Shown: positions 53,013 to 64,000 of the stretch, piece by piece | Numbering within the stretch: position 1 is the stretch's first letter | How the letters are laid out: every line of letters begins with the position of its first letter | Origin: Adineta vaga | Taxonomy: Eukaryota; Animalia; Rotifera | DNA length: 64,000 nt | Direction: 5' to 3' | NCBI GenBank assembly: GCA_021613535.1 | Contig: CP075492.1 | Location: 8,060,001 to 8,124,000, forward strand | Translations under genes and position numbers: made by a program | Notes under the pieces: model-generated | What the model saw: the letters and a program-made list of their open reading frames with translations, nothing else | Databases searched by the model: none | What the model was told of the DNA's origin: nothing

Positions 53013-53819
53013 TTATTGACCACCAGTGATTGAACCATGAACGTTGTTGATGGTTTCAGAGATTGATCCGAGAACATTGAGACCATGACCAACGAGTTGT
53101 TCTTGGAGTTGTTCCCAGTGTGGTTTGGAAGCATCAAGAATGTTTGAGCCAAGAGCTGAGAGGCTACCGAGGGCACCTGAGAGAGCACCTTGAGCAATTG
53201 TAACAGCAGCACCGATTTGTTGTTGGAGTGCTAGAATATTTATCAAGATATATTATTTGATCATTTCGTATTAATTAATTTATATATACTTACAAGCGAA
53301 GAGATCACCGAAGATACGTGATCCACCGATTCCACCGAGAACAGCAGCTAAACCTTGGTTAAGGAAGTGTTGACCAATTTGGGTGAGTGGTGTGGTGATT
53401 TGTTGGAGAAATCCACTGAAGATTTCTGAAAAGTTGATGCTAGCACGACCTATTTTGTATGAAATGAAATGATAATGAAAGATATACTAAAAAGCAAATG
53501 AATACATACCACCGATGAGACCGCTGATTCCACCAAGAACTTGAGCAAGAACTTGATTGAGAGCGTTACCAAGAAGTGGTTTGATTTGGTCGAGGATAGC
53601 GTTGAAGTCGAATCGTCCACCAAATGAACCAACAAGTGATGAGAGTTGACCAACAGCTTGTTGAACTAAACCGAGAATTTGTGATTGAAGTTGGTTTAAA
53701 ACACCTTGAGCAATAACGCTTCCTTGGGCAACAAGTTGGTTGACGAAGTCACCACGAGCATCTGAAGCCATTGAACCGGCAACACAGGCGAAGAAGATGA
53801 GAGCAAGAGCGGCTTTCAT
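53013..53819 (-). CDS. Secreted Gln/Gly/Leu-rich amphipathic-helix protein, copy B
   Basis: Signal peptide MKAALALIFFACVAGSMA and the same three-exon structure as copy A. The last exon is almost identical to copy A. Confidence 0.8.
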
Positions 53820-54533
53820 TGTTGAATGTTTTGTGCAAATGTAGTAAGTGAGAATGAAAAGATGAGAATGATGGGTGAAGTTGAAATGAAAAATATCAAT
53901 CCTTTTATACTCCGATTTTTCTTCTAAACACCTACATATAGATAAGATAGCATTCATCTGTATACATACGGAATAAACGAAAAATATGCATCTGGTAGAT
54001 TTTCTCACATAACAGTAATAAAGCAAACTGATTTGCACTTATCGTGTGAGCAAAGTTTAGTTAGTTTTACAGAATACGAAATGGCGTTGATGTAAAAATC
54101 AACTAATCACTTTTCATGAATCGCTCTATTTATTGAATAAGGTCATTTATGAATCAAACACAATATTTTTCTCCTTCTCGAATATGTATCAGTACATGGA
54201 TATTGACTATATTCTTCAACATCGCAATAGTTTATGATCAACATACTTATCTTTTTGTAGATAATCCATGATCGTCCACTACTAATAAGTAAAAACATGC
54301 AAAAATAACATGATTAAGTATCTTCTTCGTAATCTGCACTTTCAATAGGATATTTGGTTCTTTTTTCGTTAACGTATTCCAATCTATCTACGTATGAATT
54401 CGAACCTGATGAACTGATGAAAATAAGATAAGACGTTGATTTATGTACACAATGAATTAAACAACAATTACATATGTATTCTACAAATTCTAGATAGTTT
54501 TAAAGTTCAATTTAGATGACAAAATGCATCGTG

Positions 54534-55437
54534 TCAATTATGCTTTGTTGGATGACTTTCAGCTTGTGCTTGCGTTGTAATAATTGTTGTTGTTTTAGTT
54601 GATAAACGACGACCTGCATCTTCAGCTCCAAGCTAAATCAAAATACAAATCAGACTTTATGACAGGAAAAAAACGTATAATGATTCTTACCTGAGCTACT
54701 TTTTCCGTAATTTCTTCAATTTTCGAATTCGTTTTAGCTTGAGCTTCTTTCAAGACATTCTATACATTGAAAAAAAAATAGAATAAAAGAGAAGAGAAGT
54801 TTTCTTTCTAGATACCATTTTTAAACGATTTGCTTCTTCATTGACTGCATCAATACGTTTTCGAGCAGATTCAAGAATTTGTTCTTGATGCAGATTTAAA
54901 TCTTTTTCTAATTCAACTAATTTTGTTGCTTTTTCTTGATCAAGTTCATTAACAGCTCTTCAACGAAAGAAAATATAAAACAATTCCTTTTTTCATATTT
55001 GTGAATAAGGTTAAACTCACAACATCAATCTACTCTTAAATTCTTCTTCGATTTTATTCGTTTCCTTGACTGCATCATCGATTAATTGTTGTTGTTGATC
55101 TTGTGTTAAATGAACAATCTTATCGATACTATTTTTAACTGCTTCAGATATTTCATCCGTACGGCGACGAGAATATTCATCAATTTGTGAATGTGTTGAA
55201 CCTAAAAACTCTAGAGAAATTAAGACATTCAAAGATATAAAACTAACCTAGTTTTGACATCAATGCATTCATTTTCGATTGTGAATCCGATGTTGTCGTT
55301 GTTTTTGTTTGTGTTTGAGTATTAACGACTGATTGAACTTTAATATCTTCATATGTAACTGTATGAACAGCAGAAGAATTCGTTTTCTTTTCCGGATGAT
55401 TACCGTGTCCAGTAAGTGTATGCAATACCGATGACAT
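54534..55437 (-). CDS. Hydrophilic coiled-coil protein with Thr-rich ends
   Basis: Five exons giving MSSVLHTLTGHG...IDEYSRRRTDEISEAV...LEKDLNLHQEQILESARKRIDAVNEEANRLK...RRLSTKTTTIITTQAQAESHPTKHN*. Confidence 0.78.
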
Positions 55438-56382
55438 GTTTACAGAAGACTCGTGTGATGATGATCGAGCAACGATAGAAATATTTTTCTTTATGTGTCG
55501 TCTGTGGAAATGAGTACGAGAAAATAAATATGTATCGAGCTGAACTGTCGTGTTTCTTCCTCCTTCTCCTCCTCTTTTCCCCACTTTAGTAAGACGAAAT
55601 GTGAGATTTTTTTTCTTCCCTTCCTTCTTCTTCTTCCTCTTTTTCTGACTGGTTACAGGCAAGCATAGTGCGTGATCTAATTCAATCGACATAGTTTGAG
55701 TTCATCGAATAGAATTCACTATGGACTGGAGAGAAAATGTTCGCTTTGATAATAAAAAAATATTATTGATGAGAAGAATAATCGAACAATAAATATAATG
55801 GATGAAATTCCAAATAGAAGTTAAGTTATTGCAGCCGATTCTGACTTATATTTAGTCACTTCGTCACCAATGGAATATGATTTTGATTTCTGAATTACAC
55901 AAAGGAAAAAGAAGAACGCAATAGATGATATTACTTTTGTCAAAAACAGGAAAACTCCTGAGAAGATTTTTTTTTACTACGACGAGTTCAAACAAATGAT
56001 TGATGATCTCGACATGAATTCGATTTCAACAAAGGAATAAATTATGTATAATATAACTGAAGTCATCCTAAGTTGTACATTGCGAGTGAATGTTTTTAAT
56101 GTAAGATCTTCTATGTGATGTTCATAATGAATGAAATCGTTCTTAATTTAAGTCACTGAATATGATCATAAACCTATTAGTTAGTAGAAATCATTCGGTC
56201 ACGATACAATCGTTTATTAGAGACATCTGTTTACTTGAAATATGTACCATTCTCTTCATCTCCTATTACGAATATCGTCGTCCTTATTTAGATATCAGCT
56301 GTTTGAAATTTTCCCGTTTTAGTTTTATTTCTGTTATGAATCTTATTCGTTGAATAGATATAAAACATTTATATCTTTCTAG

Positions 56383-57324
56383 ATGACTCGTTCGAATTCC
56401 AATACGATCTATGTCGGTAATATTCAATCGATTGATGATAATACATTACGTGAATATTTTCAACGTTTTGGAGACATTGAAGAATTTTTTCATAATTGTA
56501 CACGTGCAGCTGATGAATGGTTAATTGATTATCGTTTTATACGTTTTTCATCTGAAACTGATATGAATATTTTTCTTACAAATAAAATTGATCATACGAT
56601 CTGTCGTATTCGTTTGGATATTCATTCTTATGATGCTGCTTTCAATGATGATACACGTCTAATGTTAGATAGAAAAGTTTGTATTGCACATACAAATTCG
56701 AAACTTGATCGAAATGTAGTTAAAAAAGTAATTGTTACTAAGATTTCATCATTGAATCGATATCTATTTTTCTTCTTCTCAAGGCATTTACACGATATGG
56801 ACGAATATTAAATTGTATGTGTGTATCTTCGGGTAATGGTGTCGAATATGTTTACATTGAATTTGATTCTATTAATTCAGTTCGATCTATTTTTACATCA
56901 AGACAAAGTCATTTCGCTGGACGAACATCATTAGCAGTCAAACAAGCATTACGTCCATCACAAGTAGGAATTAAAGTAGAAACTAATCTATCAATAAATA
57001 CAAAAGATTCTATTAAACCATTGAAATATTCTTATCATGAACCAAGTCTTGATACTTATCCTTCATTCTACAATCAAACCATCACGCATATCCCTTCCGC
57101 GTCATTGAACATTCTAATTAAGTGAGAAGAAAAAAAAATAAGATTTCGTTTTATTGATTTTCATAATTATCTATTCTAGTTCACAACAAATCAAAGATCT
57201 TGAACGCGAATATAATCTTGTTATTCAAAAAGATTTCGATGAAATAACATATCAACTGGATAAATATCTTCAAAAACAACGAGAAAAATATGAACATATT
57301 CTTCCAACTACGTCACGACATTGA
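56383..57324 (+). CDS. RRM-domain RNA-binding protein (two RRMs)
   Basis: RNP2-like IYVGNI, LREYFQRFGDI and RNP1-like YVYIEFDS. Confidence 0.78.
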
Positions 57325-57424
57325 CAAAATCTATTTGTATAAAAAAACCAAATCTTTCATTCTTTCTTTTTTTGCTTTGTATTTGAAAAGAGAAATTGAA
57401 ATAAAAATAAGTTTTTTCGTTTAT

Positions 57425-58091
57425 TTACAACATTTTTACACGTTGTAAGAATTCGTCAATGAAATCCTAGACACAAAAAAAGAAAGACACAACATGTTTA
57501 TGTGACAATGATTGATTAATTTGATCAATATTTACCAGTATTATCGAACGAGATTGTTTGACATTTCTCAATTTCTCCTACATTAGATTTTCATTTGACG
57601 ATGTAATGAGTCATTGAAAAGAAGAAAAAAAAACTTACAAAAAGAAATTGACGTCGAGCAAATTCATCGTCGATATCGAGAAGAGAATCAATTAAATCTC
57701 CAGGGCAATGATTATGATCTTTCTCGGAATTGTCATCCTTCAAAGAAACAAAACAATAGATTGTGATTAAAGATCGTCTTTCTAACTGTTATATCATAAA
57801 GTATTCGTAATTGATCATCAAGCCAAAATTCAACTTTTAATCGTTTACGTATTAATTGCATTTGTTGTTGAGGATATTTTCTAAAACCAAATCAATAATT
57901 TCACAACAAAAATTAAAGAAATCACTTTTGACATACGCAGTGAGATATTTTTCTCGTTCATTACATGGTTGTGATGTCGATATTAAATCATTAAAACGTA
58001 CACAATTATGTAAAGATGATGTCGTTTCAGATGGTAATGGAACATTATCTCGTACCGTCGTTGGATGAAATGAACGATGAATATAATTCAT
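57425..58091 (-). CDS. Uncharacterised small multi-exon protein
   Basis: ORF 57852-58091 plus short downstream exons with GT-AG boundaries ending DFIDEFLQRVKML*. Confidence 0.6.
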
Positions 58092-58953
58092 ATTTTAGTA
58101 TACTGTTCGAATTGTAATCTTGAAAAGAAAAAAGAATGAATTGCATGATTTCAAAGATATATGTATGTATATATACCAGGTAATGAACACGTCAACCACC
58201 AACGCATATGTAGATGTGTATATTTGAATAACAGTAAAAGCACGTCTTTTACTTACTGCTTGTAAGATTGATGATCAGTGACACAAGAGAAGATGATGAT
58301 CGGATTTATTTTATGTATTCGAGATTTATACGTAGACAAAAAAAAACTCGTTTAAAATGAGAACGATTAAAGAGGAAGAAGAAATAAAACGAGAGACGAC
58401 GAAGAAATTTGTTACATATATGTTGTTCTTCGACATAGATTTCATCTATCTAATAACATCAATAAATACTTGTAGTCTCTCAATTACAGTTTTGTCATCT
58501 TTATTCCGATTAGATTTCATCATTGGAATTCTGTCCATATCAATTTTTATATTCAAAAGTGAAATAATATGATTATGTCATACTGATGACGACATTAGAA
58601 TTATTCTTAGTTATACAATTAAAGATTTTGTTGATCCGCCTACTTTTGATTCTTTTCTATTTTTAATAATCAGATCAACACAAAAAATGTCGTCATTCTT
58701 TTTCATTTTTTTTTGACTAAGAAGATTTCTTATGAATAGAACCATAAATTATTTTCGAATGCTTTTCTTGCACCTTCATATCAACTGTATTATTTATCAT
58801 AGAAATCAAAAATATATCGTATTCAACAACCCATGATATGCTATGGCAACGAAAAATATATTTACTAGAAAAGATAAGATAAGAATGAATATATACACTT
58901 TTTATGGTACGTTTTAAGACAGAACGTTTTTTTTTCTATCAAAAATTGACATA

Positions 58954-60071
58954 ATGCCGAGTAAAGTCTATACAGACACGAATGTTGATCCAAGTAAAGA
59001 ACCAATATCAAAACATCTTATTAATTTCAAAAGATATATTGATTCGAAAGGTTGTTATTATTCTGGACCGTTAGATCATGCTCAAGTCGGAAATATTCAA
59101 CCAAAAGTTGCATATGAATGTAAAATGCAAATTTTATTAGAAAAACGAGAAATAACTTGGACAAAAAAAGTAACTAAACAACGAATTCATCATTCAATTC
59201 AACCAACTATTGATATTTGGTTAGATTATCAATTTCAATTACCAATTTCATCGGACAAAAGATCAGAACAAAAACGAACTTTATCTGAACATGATTATAC
59301 AAGCAATTGTGAAACATGTCAAGGCCAAGGAAATTTAACTTGTACAAATCATCGATGTGGTAATGGATCAGAAAAATGTTTATCATGTAATCAAGGACAA
59401 AAATCGGATGGAAGTCAATGTTCGCTTTGTAAAGATGGACTTTTAACATGTAAAACATGTAATGGAAAAGGTCGATTACAATGTATGAAATGTGAAGGTT
59501 ATGGTGCATTTCTTCATTCAGCAACATTATTCGTTCGATGGGAAACACGAACATCGATATGGTTTTATCAGAATTCGTTTTTACCTGAAGAGAAAATAGC
59601 ACAAGCAAACAAAGTATCCATGTGGTCAAAATCGGAAACTCCATGGACAAAAGAATCATCAATAGAAGCTTTTGTACAGACGTTAAATGATCAAAATTCA
59701 TCCGTACCATTAAAGGTCAATGTTATTCGTGATTATACAGAAAAACATTTAAATGAAGTGACGAAAATACAGAGTCAAATGCGACGATTAGTTTGTGATA
59801 TTGAACGTTTAGATTTTGAAGAAGTCGAATATGTTCTTGAAGCGAAATATTCAAATAAAAAAGATCCTTCTCGAGGTGGGAAACATTTTATTTTGAACTA
59901 TTCGATGATTTATAGATTATTTTTCATTTTCTAGGAAATCGATTTCATTTTTGTCAATATTCTGATGCACAAGGACGTCATTTAATCTATGAAAATGATT
60001 ATCCATTAAATAGTTGTGGATGTATGGGAGGATGTTGTGCATGTTATGATTGTTCATGTACAATTTTATAA
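58954..60071 (+). CDS. SSUH2: SSUH2-like protein with DnaJ-type CxxCxGxG repeats and a C-terminal CaaX motif
   Basis: CETCQGQG, CKTCNGKG and CMKCEGYG. The last exon encodes IYENDYPLNSCGC...CSCTIL*. Confidence 0.75.
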
Positions 60072-60915
60072 TAATTATTTTACTAAGAACTTATTTTAAC
60101 ATCTCATTGTTTTATTTTGTAAGTAATACAATATATGAAAAGTGAACGAAAGAATAAGCCTGAAGTTATAGGAAAGAAGTAAAGTTCACTTGTCGTAATG
60201 TCATAAAGCATTATATCGTTAACGGCCGTGTTCTTTGTAATCGTGTATTACAAAACATTTTGCATGACAACATTCTGAAGTATTGACAATAAATTCAATA
60301 TCGTCAATAATAAAATATTTCTCTATGAAGAAAATAGAACGAAAAACGAACAAGATTCAGCATGATCTTTATTGTTTGATGGTAATTACATAGATCGTTT
60401 TATGTTTTCTCTTGAATTATATTTAATCATTTCGTTTATTACAAAAAAGAAGAACAACAAACATATTGAAAACTATCTCGGTTTTTTCCTGATGTTTAGA
60501 GAGGTTTTCTTGCATCAAACTTTCATATTTCAGTAGCACGAACAAGCATGTCAACATACGGGAAAAAAAATTTCTTTTTCAATTCTATGTTAATATACAT
60601 CATAGTGAGCGATTAAAAGAATGGTGCTATTGCTCTCTCTCTCTCGATCTCGTCTCACATTGGTCGAACATACATTTTTATTGATAAAAAAAAAGGTTTA
60701 TTTATTTCGTTCTCTTTTTCTATTTTACATAGTGCTTGCAACGATACAAGTGTTCTTTAGCCAACATTTAACCAACAAGATTTATTGAATTTCTCTCATC
60801 GGAAGCATATTACAAAAAAAAGAAACCTGATCATTCGGACTCTTTTCTCTCACTCTCTCTTGCTTTCAACGACTACCTTCATAACTTGTCAGATTAATAT
60901 CAGTGGAAGAAAGAC

Positions 60916-61344
60916 ATGCGTGTCTCAGGACGATTATTAGTCGCCAGTGTTATAATTATTACAGTGATCTCTACCTTATTTTGTATCATTGGTTTAGCAA
61001 CGAAAGGATGGTCACAGCCAACAGGCACCGATTATAGCGGTTTGTTTTGTGACGGATGTTATAAAGCTCCGGCCGCTCTTTCTATTATAGCATTCATTCT
61101 TTTAATCGTATCTCTTATCACTTTGGTCTTGCTAATGTTCGATCGTTTTCATGGAGTTCTTCGTTATGTGCCCATGATTATACTATTTGTTGCTTCATTC
61201 TTCCTATTGGCAACATTCACATCGTATGTGGAAAGAGGGCTGGGTTATTCATTTGATCTACTGGTAGTGGCTCATTTTGCTTCATATGTAGCTCTTATTG
61301 TATTAGCATATTGGCTTGGCCAAAGTGATGCTGCAACAACTTAA
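60916..61344 (+). CDS. Claudin/PMP22-like tetraspan membrane protein
   Basis: Four hydrophobic helices, W...GLFC..C first loop and LGYSF motif. Confidence 0.78.
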   Translation: MRVSGRLLVASVIIITVISTLFCIIGLATKGWSQPTGTDYSGLFCDGCYKAPAALSIIAFILLIVSLITLVLLMFDRFHGVLRYVPMIILFVASFFLLATFTSYVERGLGYSFDLLVVAHFASYVALIVLAYWLGQSDAATT

Positions 61345-62652
61345 TTCGTATCTATTCAACAGCAATCATCAATAGAATAAAAACTGATTTCATTGTAATT
61401 GTTATTATATACTTATGAGCATAACTTTTTCTTTTTTTATACATTATAACATATTTTATCAGAGATCTGTATTATGAATCCGATCGAAAGAAATTATTCA
61501 TTTTAATAAATGAATGTGTGTGTGTTAAAGTTTATTTCAATCTTAATTTTTGCAATTTTTCTATTTGTCAGCTCAGACTTTTATATTCACTTCTCTTTCG
61601 ATTGTAACAACTTACTCGAAAGATTCGGTATCGATATACTTATACATATGAATTCTGAGTGTTTTATTTGTTCTTCATTCTTTACTGAATGGTATCGATA
61701 TAATACCGACTTGTTTAGCGAAATGCATACTGCAAGCTGAGCATAAGTCGGTTTCAAAGGCCACTTATAACCATATTTTCAGTGTTAGTTGAGTACTCTT
61801 CTGAAAGATTCAACATATAATTTCAACGATTAACAAAGTAAATTAGTCATATGCTTTACTTAAAACTAGAAAATTATTCATTTCTATAAACTATAAGTGA
61901 CAATGAATAATGATTTTCTATGAAATTGCTCTGAATAGTTTCATTTGATTCATCATAACTTTAGTAACTTAGATATGTTCCGAATTTTTTAAAGAACTTC
62001 ATCATGTCGTTCGAATCGTATGTATCACTTAACTGTCTACATAGAAGTTTTATTAAAGATCATATATTGTTTGCTTACGAATCGAATACGAAAATGAAGA
62101 ACTTGTAACTGAAAATTCTAACGAAATAAAAGCTACGACATCAATGAATACCTGATATTCTTTTCATGATATTTTTTTTTCAAATCGAAAGTACAATCAA
62201 CATTTGTAATGTTTTCGTATATCCATAAGACTCATCGATACAATTTGTTTTTGTCGATAATATGATATTAGCGAACATATTGAATAGTAACTGATCAAAA
62301 TATTGTTTTGACGTCGATTGTTTATTGATATGTGACACCCACACTCAACCACATTTTGTTATAATCAAAAGAAGAGTGGCTTATATTTTCTTCTTTTCTC
62401 GTTCGATTATCAATAGCAAATGAGAGTATTATTGATGTACCATCGTCAAAACACGTTGTACGATGACAGAACTGACTAGTTTCACATAGAGAAAAAAAAC
62501 GACGACGACGAGAGTAAGACAAAAAATTCTATTATGTATCAACATACTTGTTTCCAATAGAATGTTTTCTCATCTATTTCGATTATCTTAATTTCTAGGT
62601 TAACTAGACATTCAAGTTTTCGTACGTCATTTCTTTTGCGAACTCAAATATA

Positions 62653-63902
62653 ATGCTTTCGGTATCAACAACAAATAATGATCAATCTGATAGTTATGAT
62701 ATGACTATCACCTTCTATTCAATTGAGGTTAGGTTTTGTTAAATACATTTATTGATTTGTTTATTAATATATTCTACTTTCTAGAATATATCCATGATGA
62801 ATCGTACCCTATATACGGATTTATATTTTATAGCTAAACTTGATGATCAAATTTCTTTGATGTTAGTAGAAAATTTTACTTTTTTAAAATTTATTCTATA
62901 TATTCTAGGTCAACATATCTACCTATTACATCGACACTCAAATGGAACAATGAACAATGGATCGTTTTGAATATACCTTCCCAGACAAAACTTGTAGTCA
63001 ATGTCTATGGTACTGATAAGGACAATATTATGAATAATCATTTAGGTAATTTTGAAATTGCCGATCTAATACATTACAAAGCTCCTTTTGATGGTCATGC
63101 TATTATTGATTCATTTGGTCAACGTCATGGTTGTTTTCATTTATCGATGCATTCAACAAAATCATCGAGCGAAACTCAACAACTTCCTCATTATACATTC
63201 GATGGGCCATGTCGATATTCACGTCATGAATCGTTAACTATTGATCGTTTTACTAAACGTCCTACTAATGGTGTTTCTTCTACCTGGCAAATACAATTAC
63301 GACGAATTCCTTATTTTTTTCCTTCAAATGAACATCAACCATTGAAACGACCAAATAAATCAACCTTTGAATTATATACTACTTCTCATGGACGAACTTT
63401 AAAAGCAAATGAAAACGGACGATTATCAAATTCAGATCATTTATGGAAATTAATTTTCTTTGATAAATCAATACAAAAGATTAAACCACGTATTTATACT
63501 TATATAATTGATGATAATACTTGGCAATTTAGTGAAACTGGTTATCAATTTTTTACCACTGTTGCAACTAAACATACTGTCTTAGCTGGTTGTTCTGATT
63601 CTATTCGTTATGCTGGTGAATTTCATATCCGACCTAAATTTGGTTGGAATCGATTGGATGATGAATGGGAAATCGTATTTGATAATGCATCTGGAACATT
63701 CTCTCCAAATTCTGATTTATTAGTCAATTTGAAAAAATTGATGTTATTTAATTTTCCTGACTTGAATATTATTACATATGATTATAAAGATCCATTGTTA
63801 AGAGAAAGTATCGAACAATTGGAACTAAATGCAAGAAGATATGAACGTAGAACAGCAATAACAACTAACAGACACGTTTTTTCGAATTGGCCATTAATTT
63901 AA
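62653..63902 (+). CDS. Degenerate C2 domain plus conserved uncharacterised C-terminal domain
   Basis: Small 5' exons, then WNNEQWIVLNIP...VNVYGTD (C2-like) and YAGEFHIRP...VFDNASGTFSP. Confidence 0.7.
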
Positions 63903-64000
63903 CATGTTTATAACGTTTTTCCACATATTTTAATGTCTTTATATTCAGGTGATCACTTTTCTTTCATTGTATGCTGTAATGTCTTTCAAATAGATTTTAT

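Overview
AT-rich, gene-dense eukaryotic DNA with mostly 50-65 nt GT-AG introns. The gene families (ART-TPR, NHL, orphan GPCR) suggest a bdelloid rotifer; this is inference, not a database result. About 25 genes can be read. They include housekeeping genes (B4GALT-like, CA-related protein, DDX5/DBP2-like, ATAT1, UBE4A, TMEM256, NAPG, CABIN1-like, HINFP-like, SSUH2-like) and a candidate defence cluster at about 2-26 kb. The standout is a RING-Bbox-Bbox-coiled-coil (TRIM-type) gene at 14897-25889, mostly invisible to the ORF track. Its C-terminus is encoded by 18 intact, phase-0, exactly 84-nt exons, each one 28-aa LRR with a fixed framework and variable beta-strand residues. The exons are spaced by unusually long introns (mostly 300-1000 nt), and the array contains a duplicated cap exon. 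A compact paralog (2168-4559) has 7 such exons and ordinary short introns. The layout would allow combinatorial LRR receptor-E3 ligases by exon skipping or shuffling, but alternative use cannot be shown from DNA alone.
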